A stretch of DNA of 64,000 nucleotides, from assembly GCF_018977255.1 (NCBI RefSeq), contig NW_024704743.1:15998001-16062000 (forward strand). Direction: 5' to 3'. The notes under the pieces were generated by a model. That model was not told the DNA's origin. It made no database searches and saw only the letters and a list, made by a program, of their open reading frames with translations. The DNA is from Callorhinchus milii (Eukaryota). The position numbers and the translations under genes were made by a program. Shown piece after piece: positions 38,756 to 53,507 of this stretch (its first letter is position 1; the number at the start of each line of letters is the position of its first letter).

Positions 38756-41700
38756 CTGCAGAAACAGCAACATCAAAATTATTAGCTGCATCATAATAGC
38801 TAATTAATTACCAGATTTAGATATAGAAGAGAGAATGAAAGATAATAAAACATTCGTCTACAGACATATATTTTAAGAAGCTTCCCATTAGCCTAGTCCA
38901 CAAAGGCACTGGCCCAGTGCAGCACTAAACCAGGAAGTTATTGGTTTGATCTCAGAAGCAGCAATTGGTGCTACAATCGTCATTAGGGAGGGAAAAACAG
39001 AGTTCCTGATCACTATCCTGAGACGCCCCGCCCCGTCCCAAAAAGTGACCTGTGACAGCCAGACTTGACCCTGATGTCCCACCCAGTCAAATAATCTGCT
39101 GACCTCATGATCAACACTCACATGTATTATGTCTACTTAAGCAAAATACCCAAGAGCACTGAGAGAAGCTTATCCCAAGGAAAAATGAGTCAAATGTGAT
39201 CAGGGGAGTATGAAATGGGATATAAAAACTTGTGTTTAAATTCAGGTAAGGAATAATGGAACTTTACAAGAAATGGTACAAGTTCTAAATAAACGCAACA
39301 TAACAACAAAATTACATTTGGATAGCGCCTTTCACGTCAGGAAGACATCCCATATATTTATATTTTCAGTTGTTCTCTCAAAACAGCTATTAACTGGGAC
39401 CATCAGTTTTAGAATCAAAATTAAACAGATGTACAGTGGCTGCAGCCCTGTCAATTTTTTATAAAATTGTGAGTAACTGTGAGGTATTCCTAAACTGTCC
39501 GATTATGCAAGCAATTATTTACAAACGTAAATGTGTCTGGACTGAACCTTAGGTGCTTAGTCATTGGATATCATTCAAATAGGGGTAGTGTTTAGAATTA
39601 AGCCAGCACTTTTCTTTCGGTGAGCTGGGAGTAGTAAAGATAAAAAAAATCATGCCATAGTTCCCATTCACAGCTACTATCAGATACCTTTGTTGAAGAC
39701 GACACATACAGAAATTGGCACTCCCCAGTAATGATGTCCCATATGGGTGAACAGCGACACAAAGTTTGGGATCGCGTGTGAAGAGAAGATACTTCAGTGT
39801 GATACTGGAGTCTCAGCAGTTATGAAACCATATCTCAGAAAGTCACAGGGAGGGGAGAAGAAAGGACATCCAAGCCTCAATTTGCAAAGAATTATATGCA
39901 GAATTGTTTCTTCCTTTAAAATCTAGGGCATGAGGGTGGGTGCTACAATTGGCTCCACTATCCTTGGCGTCAGTATCCTGGGGGAGGGTGTAATGAACAT
40001 ACCAGCTGGGTTTCCTGCTCCACAAATGTCAACAAAAAGTGGTAGGCAGATCCGAGATGAGTACAGCATATGGTCATACTGTGAACAGTAAATGTTTAAC
40101 CCCATGGTATAACATCTACTGTTCTTTATTGTTCTAGCTCTTACAAAGATAGGCCACTTCACCAGGATACTGCAGATCACCGTGGAAACATCACCCAGGG
40201 CAAGTCAAGACCTTCAGGGAAAATGATTTTTATATTTCTCTAGTTGATGGCTTACTCAACATTGACTAAAAGCTAACAAACTTTTTCAAGCACTGCTCAT
40301 GTGATACGTCCCTCTACTCATTGAGCATTTCACTCATTTGCCATAGTGGTACAGTCAATAAAGCCAGCGTTTGAAAAGCAAAGTGGGAATTGTAAAGCTA
40401 TGGGTTTATAGAGGTTGCACAGAAGCACCATATATTAAATAAAATAAAAATTATGTGCATTTTTTTAAAGATTGCCTTTTTAAATGGCTTTTTCTACCTA
40501 CACGCCCACCTTTAATAAACATTTGCATCTGCACCAGACATAACTGTTGAACATTAAGAAGTTTACTATTTAGGTTTAATTTTCTTTGTTCTTTTGCCAA
40601 AATGTACTACACACAGTACTTCATAATTCCATTAAGATCTGATGAGTTATCTACTTTAGCATGGTAACTTTTTTCTTATTTCAAGTCCCACAAACATTTT
40701 AGTTTCCCTCTTATATATAGTTTTAGTAGATGCACTTCCACATCTTCCTCTGGTAGGCCTAGAGTTTCACCTTGCTCTGTAAAACACAAGTAAATTGCTA
40801 AAGTATAGTAAAAATAGAATTATGTTCCCTAGACTCGTGCTGTGCTGAGGTGCAAGCCAAATTTAGAGGAGTCAATTCAATATTCAGCTTTTATTTATAT
40901 TTATAGATAATGATCGAGGTTGCTATGTTTTTTCTGCTGATTTAGGATAAGAGTGAAAAGCAAGTTACTTTATATTTCAGGGTGCCCCATAATTGCTGCT
41001 GAGAGCAGACAGAAATGGTTGCTTCCATTGGCAACTGACTTCAATCAGCCACTAGGTGATGTACAAAACCAACCCAGGGATTAACCTCTCATATTTTTTT
41101 TATTCCCTACAGGGAGTGGCTAGTTTCCATACTTTTTGGCTGCAATCGCACAGCTGACTAAGATTTGGATCATTAGCATACTTTAACTTTTTTAAGATTT
41201 AGCAAAGCAAATAGTAAACATAAATTCATTGTTTGTGAATTTAAGCCACAAGGTAGAATAACTACTTTTTTTTTGCTCACCAAGGTGTTTGAGACACACG
41301 GAAACCCAGAACAAACATTTTCTTTAAACAGCTCAATATTAATTCAGCATCAACGATCATACAATTTGGAGGAATTATTAAATATAGTGTCTGGGGAAAT
41401 GAGTGGAGGGTCGGGGGGGAGAAAAAGAGGTTCAGAAATAGAACAAAAAGATAAATTTGCTCATCTGGAGGCAGTGTTTCTTTCTGTTTTGAGCTTTAAT
41501 ATAAAAAGATGTAGGGGCGAGCAGAGGATTGGGATTGAAGTGAAAAGCTGGGTGAAAAAGCTAGGACCACCGAAGACTTGATGGGGCAAATATCTGCCCT
41601 CTACTGTAAATTAATATGACAGAGCTTCATCCTCACTGAGTCTGATGCAACCAAGATTTGAGGACTTTTCATTTGCTGCAAATTTAATCCTACTATTAGA

Positions 41701-42924
41701 TTTAAAAGTAAAAAATTTCAACCTTCAGATTTTTGGAGGGTCTAAATAAACTTCAGTTTCCCTGGATCAAGGGATTCTGTACACACGATTTGTAACATGA
41801 TGCTGAAAAAACTGTTACAATAATAAAGCTGTGCAAATGTCAGAAACTGTTAATAATACTAGTTGTTCATTGAAAACAAGTGCTGAAATTTTAAATCATT
41901 GTAAATAAAAATAAACACTTCATATTAGTGCGCATTCGCTTCCATCTTATTTTCATTGTTAAATTAATTTTACTTTTTCCCTAACCTATCCTAATCATTT
42001 TCTTTCAAAAAAATTCTACTCATCTCTAATTTTCCACTATCCATTCTCAGATTGTGACGGCTTCCCTGTCAGCTCAGCAAGTTTATTTGCTGAACAGCTT
42101 ATACAAAGCCTGGATTGTCTCAGATTTCTCCAGTATGTGCTGAGTTGTCTAATTTCAGGCAGGGAGCACGAGTGCCAACAATTGACCTCAATGCTCCGAT
42201 TTAGAGGGGGAAAATGAGCACCTAAAATATCTAGGAAAAGAACTGCAGCAGTGACAAAAAGGCTGGATAAATTCTTAGTTTAAAATTATGTGCACTACAT
42301 GCTCTTTGAGAATCAAGCCATTACTTACAAAATACCTATAAAAAGGTAGGCATATATCGAAACGTATGTGAAGAATTTACAACTTCTATATGTGCGACTG
42401 CCGTGAATTCAACTTTTCTTAATCTATAAACCTATGTGGTTTGTGAAATAATCTGGTAATTCATTGGTCAGCTCTCCAGAGCCATCAAATCCTAGAGAAG
42501 CATAGTGTAAGGGTGCATATGTAGCAACATTCAGCAAATGTGCTTTCTTTGGCAGGTGCCACTGGAGTAGCTCACTGGCCAATGTGAAATTACTGTTCTA
42601 ATTAAATTCAATGGAGCAACTGCAGGGCATACCATCTTCCCAGCCAGTGACATCATAGCTACAGGAAAGGAATAGAGGTTGAAAAACATAAATGATTTTT
42701 TTTCTTCAATGCCTGGAAAGGAAGTGGGGAAGTGGAAAGAGGAGGAATGTACTGTGGACATGAAATACTTCCCTGAATTACTTTTCTGCATTAAACACGA
42801 TGAGAACAGTCCTCTAACAGAACAAAATAAATGTACACGGTGGATTTAAAATCACACGAGTTGATCACAACTCTTGTATGCAAGAAATTAAAAAGGTTGC
42901 CGAATTATAAAACTAATCCCACAA

Positions 42925-43058
42925 TCTATATATAATGTATACATTATACACAATGCATAATACACACATTATATACAATATACACATTATATACATTTAT
43001 ATAATGCATACATTACATACATTTATATAATGCATACATTATATATTGTACACACACT
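42925..43058. repeat. AT-rich low-complexity repeat
   Basis: Imperfect tatacattatata(ca)atgca units. Confidence 0.8.
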
Positions 43059-45814
43059 CAGGTGAACATGTTCTAAAGCATGTTTAAAAAATGCAGCGCA
43101 TCAAGGGATTGACTGACAGAAATGTGAGCGGCACTCCTGTGGTTTTGCGCAGGCCTCATTACTGCCATTGCATTATGCCATGTGTAACCATTGCTTGGCA
43201 TTATTCTCATCAAGGCAAGAAAAAATACAGAAAGAACACAAGCTTTATTAGAGGAAGTGTGTTAGCTCACAAATAAAAAGAGCAGCCATGTTTAGAAAAA
43301 GCTCTGACCCACTTTTTTAAAAAAAAGTAATGCGTACAAACAGTAGTGAACACCGGTTATCTTAATGGGGTTTCAGACAATTTAGATAACCTTAATGACA
43401 TTGTACACAAGTAGAAACAAGAAAGCAAAGCACAAGAATGGATAGATAACTAACTTTTGGTTGTACACATTGACCTTGTAATAACTTTGTACTCCAAGAA
43501 GAATGAAAGAATTGAAAGCAGCAGGTGAGATCATTTTCTCATACTGCTCACGATGCAATGCAAGAAAAAACGACAAGCCAATGGGAAACCCAACTTTTTA
43601 GTAACTGCTCCAAGTTTTGAAATAGGCTGCAACCTTTCGCAGTGGAACATAGCACTGGTACAAGCAATACAAACTGCAAAGTAGGAAGGGGAAAGATGCA
43701 TGCTGGCATATGGTTACACAGGTTCAAGTTACTATCCAATACCAAAGTTAGCATTTGAGTGTGTTCGCAGAGAGCATAGTGAGCATCACTGATGTGCTCA
43801 AATGAACATCCAATGTTATTGTATGTGCACATTCCAGAAAGGGATAGATAAATAGATTAGGAGCAGCAACCCTGCTGATTTCCCTGTTCTTTCTCTCCCC
43901 TCCCCACCATCAATTTGAGCTGGTTACCAGTATTATAATTGGGGAAATATGTATTAGTTTCTACTAATCGATGGGAGACTTTTTGTGAAACTGGGAAAAA
44001 ATTAAGCGCAGAATGTTTTGTCAATTAGTGTCCTTTGTTCCCTTGTTCTCAACAATTTGCTCAGGCAAAATGCCAGCCCTAGTTCAATATTGTTATTTTT
44101 TTAAATTTCAATAAGCTTAAGAGACTTCTGCAAAAGATAACCGGGAATTTCATAAGTATTTATGTATAATTGGTCAGTTATGTGAAATTTTAAAACCCTA
44201 AATGTGTCAAATTTAATCTTATATGTAATTCTAAAACGCCAACTAGACTGCCACCCATTAAAAACAATTCTAATTACAGTAACACCCCCGTCTCTGGGTA
44301 TCTGGATTCATTCCTAGCCATATCAGGCCCCAAACCAAAATTTAAAAAAAATCTGTAAGCTGCATGTAGACTCCCGACTCCTAATTCTCCAGCAGGCGCT
44401 AACCCCACACTAAGCAGCCTCACTGTCCTTCACAGGGGCCTGGGGTATCAACTTTGACTCAGATTGTATGAATCCCGCAAGCAGAAGATATCTTATTCAC
44501 TATCTTCTGCTCGGGGGATTGAAACAATTATAATGCCTGTACCAGCATTTACCAGCACTTTTGAAAAACGTTGGTAAATGCTAGTACCGGCATGGCAATT
44601 ACAATTAGCTGCAAAATCCGGCTCACTGGGTCAAATCTCCTCTCCATGAGTCTGGTTAGCCGGGGTTTAAGAGAAACGCACTGCAATCACTGGTAGAGAA
44701 AAATAACATCAGCTGGCCATGGAGATAGATAACAAACCTACCGAAAGTGAAAGGAGATAGGTGAAAGAGAGAGAAAACAGACTAGAAATAAAAATCAAAA
44801 AAAGCAATAGGAAACACAAGTAAGTTCTGATCTAACATATATATGATGTCTTTTTATGACTGAGTAACATTTGTGGTGGATGTTAAGCTTTTCATTTTAT
44901 GTTTGTTAAGATAACTTTGGCATTCCTTTGATGCCATTCAATGACCTTACATTTTAATTTAACTCCACAGTTAACTTCAAAGTCTAACTCATAAAGCAGG
45001 GTTAGTAGAAATCAATGTTTATTTTTTTCTGGTTTTCTTCAGAAAAATTAGCTTTAACGTACAATTTAGATTTTTTTTAAGCCTCGATCGGTTGGGTGGT
45101 CCTTGCTGGACAAACAGCGGTAAAGTTTACCAGGCAGTGCTCTCAATGGTTTTTAGCTGGTTAGCCTCCAGCAGTACCCCAACACACACTCTGGGGTTTG
45201 TAAGTCATGGCATTTGCCTAATACCTTCAGAAATTGGGTAAGCAGGATGCATCCCTCCAGGGAGGTTGCGCATAGCATTCCAATCAACATTTCTGGAATT
45301 TCCATGTGTAGCTGAAATGCATGGAAATCTCAGTTTGGTTAGGATACTCTTAAAGCATGCTGATGGGTTTCCGCATGTGCCAGACACCCAGCTGACCACA
45401 TTTTTTTGATAATTTTCAAACTTGGGATTATACAAATCGACAGTCAAACATCTGGGCTGCCAATGCTGCCATAATAAAAGTGCTCATTTCGGATACCAGG
45501 TAACGCAAGTCACTCTCACAACGAGTGACATTTTTAGACCTTTGACCCACTCACCTTTGCCCTAACTACGGTTTCTAAGGCCCCAGTCAAGCTCCAATTC
45601 ATCTTTTTCCTCAATTCTTCACCTTCTGGCATTGCAAGAAAATGTATTTGTGGCAAATTGCGGAACATCTTAAGAGGGATCAATATTTATCTAACAGAGG
45701 CATAAGGTATGGAGATCCCCTGAAGGCACGTTTGCACGAGTTCCTTTTATTAATGAACATGAAGCTCAAATAAGAAAACAAGAAAGATTCACAAAGAACA
45801 GCGAAATCACTGAC

Positions 45815-46014
45815 CTATTCCTATATTAGAATTGCCCTGAGATTTATGCTGGTAAAGTTGCAAGCTTTGAGGTGTATTATTCCGGCTATCATCCGTACTT
45901 AGGGCGGTGTCCTTACGAGGAGCTTTGGGTGCTGCAGCATCATCAACTCCCGACTGCTTTTGTCTTCGCCGTTTTTTGCTCCACAGTTCATGACAATCTT
46001 GCCAATGTGGCAGG
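45815..46014 (-). CDS. CDK13: CDK13 exon 12 (200 nt), C-terminal kinase extension
   Basis: [20 protein letters not shown] (DCHEL motif plus polybasic cluster typical of CDK12/13), then APKAPRKD...DDSRNNTPQ; ttgcag/gtcagt boundaries. Confidence 0.94.
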
Positions 46015-46761
46015 CTGCAAAATGAAAATATGTAGAAGGTGATTTTACAAATTGTGTCAATAGTTTCAGCCTCCAATTCACAGAATGTGGAAACTTTTAC
46101 ACAAAGAGTAATTCCAGTTTATGCAAAAATACAATTCCTTTTTAGCTTTCGACACATGTGAACTTTAAGATTTTTGACTACAAAACGGTTGACTTCTGGA
46201 TAGCAAATCAGCTCTTTTGTGGGTCAAAACAGATTTTCAAAAAAGTTAAAAAAACACATTTAACGTTCTATATCAAATGCAAGAATTATTCAACAATGGG
46301 AATTCATTTTCTTTGATTTATAGAACACAAGAACTGCTTGACGAAAGAAGACTAAATTCCATCCAGTTCACCTTCCAATGTCCTGGCAGTCGCATGCACA
46401 GGTCACGTCCCAAACTATATACTCTACCACAGAGTATTATTTCCTAAAAGAAATCTACCTAAATTGCTTTTGAAAGAATCAACAATTTCTGCTTCCATCA
46501 TCTTCCTAGAAACATTTACAGCTCGCTTACTGAAATAGTATTCCTGCATTTAACCCCCCCCCCCCATCACCACCCATCAATACCATGTCCTCTGGTTCTA
46601 CTGTTCTGGACAAGATAAAACAATTTATCATGGTCCACAAGATACAAAAACACAAGTACTGATTATTACAGATCAAAATCAGAAACTGGTGAACTTATAC
46701 ACAATTGCACAGTAAAGATTTGAAATGGTTAGAATATCACCACATTCAAAAAGTCACTTAC

Positions 46762-46893
46762 TCAGGTGGAGGCATTTTTGTATGATCCACATCTCTGAGG
46801 AAATCAGACTGAAGAGCATGTTCAGCAGTACAACGCCTGCTGGGATCCAAAGCTAACATGTGGTCAAACAGATCAAGGGCAGCAGCCGGAATA
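46762..46893 (-). CDS. CDK13: CDK13 exon 11 (132 nt)
   Basis: [44 protein letters not shown]; tttccag/gtaagt boundaries. Confidence 0.96.
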
Positions 46894-47316
46894 CTGGAAA
46901 CAAAAACAACACAGCTATAATGGGAAAAATAAACTAGACTTCACACTTCACAAGTAAGATACATACTATAGTTATGATTTATTTCAATGAAAAACTCAAA
47001 GAAACCACAATTCCCTAGTTGAACAGTGAGCGTTTATTTAAAACCCTATAGTTGTGGATTCATTATAATGCAGTGGACTAGATCCAAGCACTCAGACTCC
47101 CCACATTAAAACAAAGTAATGACGGCCTTCTGGGTCATTGCATTTGAAAAGTGGTCAAACCTTTTAATCTTTACTTGTATTAGTCAGACACAATATTGAC
47201 TTTAATAGTTTAAAAATGAGCCGTGTAAATACTCTCTTTAAATCATCAGATGCATTACATAAAGGTTTAGCATGAACACATTAAGATATGAAATTTGGTA
47301 AACAATGAACACTTAC

Positions 47317-47433
47317 AAAGAAAATTCTTCTCGTAATCGTCGGCGATACTGCTTCTTTGGTTTCATTGTATGGAAATAAGGTAGTTTAATCACATCAGGC
47401 CACACCCCTGGACATGGGCTACCACATATTCGG
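47317..47433 (-). CDS. CDK13: CDK13 exon 10 (117 nt)
   Basis: [39 protein letters not shown]; ccttag/gtaagt boundaries. Confidence 0.96.
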
Positions 47434-48724
47434 CTAAGGAATAAAAGGTTGAACAGTAACTGAATATAAAAACTTCACTTCCTTTTTCCTCTCTAGATAT
47501 CCATCTGATGGTTACAGAATTATATTCATTACAACATGAAGAAACTATATTCCAATTAGGAATGCAACCAGTTAGGGAGTTGTGTTTCCTCTCTCAAATG
47601 TCAAAAAAGAAGCATGATTTTAGATTGGACTATTTTATACTCAACATTCAGCTGATGCCAGGAAACACAAAATATACAGTGCATCCTTTTTAATCCTGGA
47701 TACAGATTCACGATTAATATTCACCATCTGCTGACAGAGATCAGCATCAGGTCAGTTTCTAGGGATAAATTTTCTTGACGTTAATTCTAATTCAAGACAA
47801 TTATCTAGGGAGCTAATCTAATGATTTGCTGGTTCACAATCAACAGGCAAAGGAGGAGAAAGTCCTAAATTAGATCTCAAACAGTTATATTCCACTTTGA
47901 TCAAATCAAATTCTAATACATTGGACAGTTATTGGTAGAAATAGATGAAATAAGCCTCGTCATTGCTGCAAGAAATTAAACTCAAGAGAATGAAGACACT
48001 GATTGGCAATGTTCATTTTCAGTTGAAGAATGAATATTGAAAATTCAAATATTAAAACTCAAAATTGAATAGCAAGTAGAATATTCTATCAGACGAGGAC
48101 AGAGGGGGAGGGGGAGTGTTGGGCCCAATTAGAGTTGAGGGAGTCAAGCAGAAGCGAGCACAAAACACACCAATGTCACTGTAAGACTGTTAAAAAAAAA
48201 TCCCCTCAAGGATGGGATGTCGAAAGAATCCCTGCAGCAGTCAGAAGAATGCTGTGTTCCTGAAAAGATTAGGTTAATTAACAGCAAAAACTGACCCACA
48301 ACAAATTACATTTGTATTGCGCCTTTCACGTTAGGAGGACATCCCAAGACCAAACTGACCCTTGCTGCCTGCATTCCCAAAATATTATGTTTTGTATAGC
48401 TAAAGACCCATTTTTGTGATATTAATGCATCATTAGTGGGTCCTCTTGATGTGAAAGTCACTAAGTAAATGTACGTTGTATTGACCTGCTTATCCCATAT
48501 AAACGTGTCCGCTCCCACCACTCAGTAGGCTCCAGCCTGCTCCACATTCCCCGCCTTACCCACCCCACCATTGGCGAGTGAGCCTTCAGCCTCTCTTCCC
48601 CCACCCTCTGGAACTCCCATCCTCTACCCTCTACCTCACACACTCCCTTGCCTCCTTCAAGACTGTTGAACATGACCCCCCTCTTCAATTGTGCTTTCGG
48701 TCACCATCCTACCCCGACCCTCCA

Positions 48725-49765
48725 CCCTCTATATGCTCCCCCTTGGTGACATCATCCGCAGACATGGGGTTAACTTCCACATGTTTGCGGATGACACCCA
48801 ACTCTACCTTTCCTCCTCTACCCTCAACTCCACGACCACCGATGTCCTGACAGCTGCCTGTCCGACATCGAGTCCTGGACGAGAGACAACTTTCTTCAGC
48901 TCAATGTGCGCAAAACTGAGGCCCTCCTGATTGGCTCACGTCAGCGCCTCCGCACCTCAGGCGCTGACAGCATCAAAGGCTGCACTCTCCACCTCTCAAA
49001 GTCAGTCAGGAACCTCAGTGTTCTGTTCGACCCTGAGCTGTCCTTTCTTCCCCACATCCGGGCTACAACTAGCACTGCCTTCCACCACCTCGGGAACATC
49101 GCCAGACTACGGCACTGCCTCACCCCTCGCGCTGCTGAAACACTGGTCCACTCCTTTATCACCTCAAGGCTGGACTACACAAATTCTCTCCTCGTCGGTC
49201 TTCCCGGCACCTCCCTCCACAAGCTGCAGGTCATTCAGAGCTCTGCAGCTCATGTACTGTCCCGCACCAGGCTTCGCGACCACATCACTCCCACCCTCGC
49301 TCACCTCCACTGGCTCCCCATCCCCCAGAGGATCGAATTCAAGATCCTCATCCTCACCTACAAGGCCATTCACAGCCTTGCTCCCTCCTACCTCTCCGAC
49401 CTACTATCCCCCCACGTACCTGCCCGTACCCTCCGTTCCTCTGGCTCCGGTCTGCTCCACATCCCCCGCCCCAACCGCCCTACCATCGGGGGCCGGGCTT
49501 TCAGCCTCTCAGCCCCTAGGCTCTGGAACCCCATCCCCCAGTGCCTTCGCCGCCTCCTCCCTTTCCTCCTTCAAGGCCGGTCTCAAGACCTTTCTCTTCA
49601 ACCGTGCCTTCAGCTCCCCTCTCCACTCTCTACCCAACTCTCGCTCCCTCCCTTCCCCTGACCATGTCCCCCCCCTGCGCGGGTCCCGACCCAACTGTCC
49701 AGCGCCTTGGGATGTCCTCCCGACGTGAAAGGCGCTGTACAAATGTAATTTTTTGTTATTGTTGT
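48725..49765 (+). mobile_element. Young L2 LINE 3' fragment (subfamily A) in CDK13 intron 9
   Basis: [27 protein letters not shown] through [12 protein letters not shown] to the L2 3' end; near-identical by eye to 20141-21130. Confidence 0.95.
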
Positions 49766-49919
49766 GATCAATAAACATTTTAAATTTACTTATAATGGGT
49801 ATTTTAATATGTTAATATAACCAGGATATTAGTTTTGTCCTCCCGACTCGAAGATCTCTGATTCTTAGGTCACTGAGAAATTGGGTATAAAATACCAGTT
49901 CTGTTACATTTGTCAAAGA

Positions 49920-50232
49920 TGCACCTCCCTACCTCTCCAACCTGCTTATTCTCCACTCCACCACTCATTCTGGTTCGGCCTCTTGCATGTCCCTCGTCCC
50001 CTCCATTCCACCAACAGCGGCTGTGCTTTCAGCCACTACGCCCCGAAACTCTCTCCCTCAATCCCTCCGCCTTGCCTTTTCCTTCCCCATTTTCAGATCA
50101 CGCCGTAAGACCTTCCTCTTCGACAGTGTCTAAAGTCACCTCCCCCTCCCAGCGTCAGACTCCACCATTGTTAAGCGCCCCGGGATACCACCCTGCGTGA
50201 AGAGCGCTATATAAATGCAAGTTGTTGTTGTC
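49920..50232 (+). mobile_element. L2 3' fragment in CDK13 intron 9
   Basis: cagccactacgccccgaaactctctccctcaatcc... gagcgctatataaatgcaagttgttgttg. Confidence 0.85.
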
Positions 50233-50589
50233 GTCTTGAGGTAGCTAAACTTCATCTTATTCTCACATATACTTAATACTGTCCTGCAGGGTACAGCCAA
50301 CATAATGCTTAGGTAGTAATGTGGATGACTGAAGCAGGCTTGTCAGGGGAGGAAAACAGAAAACTACATACTGAAGCAATTAACAGTCTGAGATTTAAGC
50401 AAGTTTAAAATAGATTTGCCCTTGAACAATTTTACATCCTTACCCTTCAGCTATTAACTTCCAGAGATACAGGAGCAGGAAAAAGTTGGTATTTCAAGGT
50501 GGATTCTGAAAATCCTAGCTTATTCCAACCATTCGGGGAACATTTGGCCACGTTTCTATTGTAAGTACTAGATTTGAACACAACACCTA

Positions 50590-50757
<168 letters not shown>

Positions 50758-50783
50758 TTAGGAAACATTATGTAGAACACTTA

Positions 50784-50927
<144 letters not shown>

Positions 50928-51744
50928 CTAATAAATGTCAATGTTAGCAATCTGTGATCTGTGTAGTAGACACGAAAAAAATGGAAAAAAACACTGGAGA
51001 AAGAAATTAACCGTACATCCCCCTCAAACCTCCAAATCCAACATTGTTAGTTGAACAACCTAGCAACAGCATTAAATGTAACAATACATGCCCAACGTAA
51101 CCAGCTGCAAGAGTATTAGAATATGTACCATATGCACCATTGGTTTGAACACGTTAAGTCTTGTCAAATCACATGTCATTATTTAATTGGCAAATCTCAA
51201 GACAAAATAAAAAGCTTGCAGTCCTGCACATTTGCTAACAAAACAAAAGTAAGAAATACCCATGTGTGTAGTAATACATTTCAGAATGTATTTCAATCCA
51301 ATAACCGAGAAGTTAAGAGGTCACTGCAAATAATATTTACCTTTGTTGCTAGTTATCTGGCATTTATTACAAGAGGTCTGGAAAAGAAGGTACTTCTCAA
51401 GTTATACGAAGCACTGGTTACAACTGTCTGTGAAGAACTGTTTCCTGGCCTCAGCTGTGTTTTGGATCTCATTTTAACCAAATTTGGAGATGTATGGTCA
51501 GGTTTGAGCACCTAGAAATGATATTCTAGCCTACGGTGGTATATTTGTCCAGAACTATCTAGAACAATGCCTAGACTAGAAGTGCCTTAGCTATGAGTAG
51601 AGGCCCGGTAGATTGTGTTTTTATATTCCTTAGAGAAGAGAAGATATGGGGTGATTTGATTGAGACATTTAAAATAATGAAAGGAATGAATAGGTTAGAT
51701 ACTCCTCACTTTCATGGAAGGATCTGTGACGGGCATCACCTGAA

Positions 51745-52350
51745 ATCAACGACAAGCATTTATATAGTGTAATTAACATGGGGTAGCGTCCTGGAGCGCT
51801 TTACAGTGGCGGAGTCTAAGAACGAGGGAGAGGGGAGTTGTCCTTAATCACGATCAAAAAGGAATGTCTTTAGGCGGGATTTGAAGGTGGGGAGGAAGGG
51901 GACAAAGTGGAGAGATTAAGGGAGAGAGTTCCGGGGTGTAGTGGCTGAAGGCACGAGGGACAAACAGGAGGCCAGAGCCAGCCGAGTGGAGGCAGCAAGT
52001 GGTGGAGTGGGGGCTAAGCAGGTCAGATGGGGAGGGATGTGCGAGGTCATAGAGAGATTTGAAAATAAGTGAGAGAATCTTGAAATCAATCCGTTTAGTG
52101 ACTGGGAGCCAGTGGAGTCTGGCAAGGACTGGTATGATGGGAGCACGGAGTTTTGTGCGGGTGAGTATCCGGGCAGCTGAGTTTTGAATTAATTGGATTT
52201 TGTGTTTGGTGGAGCTGGGAAGACCAGGGAGGATGTCATTAGAATAGTCGAGCCAGGAAGAGACAAAAGCATGGACAAGGGTCTCAGCTGCATTGGTTAT
52301 GAAGTACGGACGGAGGCGGGCAATGTAGCGGAGGTGGAAAAAGCGGTCCC
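51745..52350 (-). mobile_element. L2 3' fragment in CDK13 intron 7
   Basis: Reverse strand encodes LHWLPVTKRIDFKILSLIFKSL; L2 3' end. Confidence 0.85.
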
Positions 52351-53507
52351 ACGAAAAAAATCAGAGTGCAAGCATTTAGAGCTGAGATCAGGAAGCAGAG
52401 GTTTGTGAAGATGTGTAATTCTCTGACCCAGAGTTCTAGAGGCAGAATCGTAAGAGATGTTTCAAAGAGAGATGGATACTTGGAAAGTAATAATAGAAGA
52501 TAAAAAGGGATATGGGGAAAGAGTGGGGCATTGGGATTAAAAATCAGCTAAAATCTAATAAACCGATGGAACAATCTCAAGAAGTCGATCTGCTGGGAGA
52601 TGGAGAGCCAGTGGAGTCAAACGAGGATGGGGGACTTCAATGAGCAGGACGTTAGAGTAGAGAGCACTCTGTGTCGCTAGCCTATACAGGGTGATAAATA
52701 AATGCAAGTTGTGGTTGTTGCTGCAGAGCCTGGAGGTGACAAAGGAATAAATGAAGGTCTCAGCAGCCTGATGGAGCGAAGGTGGTAAAAGCAGACAATG
52801 TTGTAGAGGTGATGGAAAGCAGACCAAATGAGAGCAAAGGGGGGTGGGAAATGAAGGCATGGGCATATGGGGCCTGTGCCAAGGGGCTCCAGCCAGTGTC
52901 CTGCGTGGGGGAAACTGTCCTATTCACAGGCTGTGGGCAGCAGCGCATTGGGGGTGGGATGCTAACAGTGCCACGTGAAGCCCAGGCTGCCCCATGCTGG
53001 TGAAAGCATCCTATTTCCAGGGTACAGGACAGGGAGCATCACTCGGCACAGTTGCGCTGGGCTCTCCTAGGTTCATGGTGGGAACAGAAACCAACAGTAA
53101 ATGCAAGAGTATAGCGCAGGGCTAGGCTCTTGGTTTTGTGTGGTGAGCAAGAATCCATATAAAGTGATGCAGTCAGCGCCTGAGATGAGAAACTGTGGAG
53201 AGGAACCAAGCAGGAACATCTCAGTCTTGTCAACATTGAGCTGTAGAAGGATAGAATTCATCCAGGACTTGGTGTCTGACAAAACAATCAATCAGAACAG
53301 CACTGGTCCTGAAATTGAGGCTGGAAGCAGAGAGATGGTGCATCGGCACCTACATGTGGAAGTGGACCCCCTAAATCCAGATGATGTAACCAAGATGGAA
53401 GCGTAGAAATGGTAAAGAGGATGACGGAAGATAAAGTCTTGAAGAATGTCACTGTGAAGTTGTGAGAGAAGGCATTTAAGGAGACTGAGTGAAGACACTA
53501 TATATAT

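Noticed and set aside
40771..40776. Possible 6-nt microexon (ttttacag AGCAAG gtgaaa) in CDK13 intron 12
   Set aside because: Mediocre donor and no clear UGC microexon enhancer; indistinguishable from chance.
45555..45690. Possible poison exon just after CDK13 exon 12
   Set aside because: Strong donor but weak acceptor and no further support.
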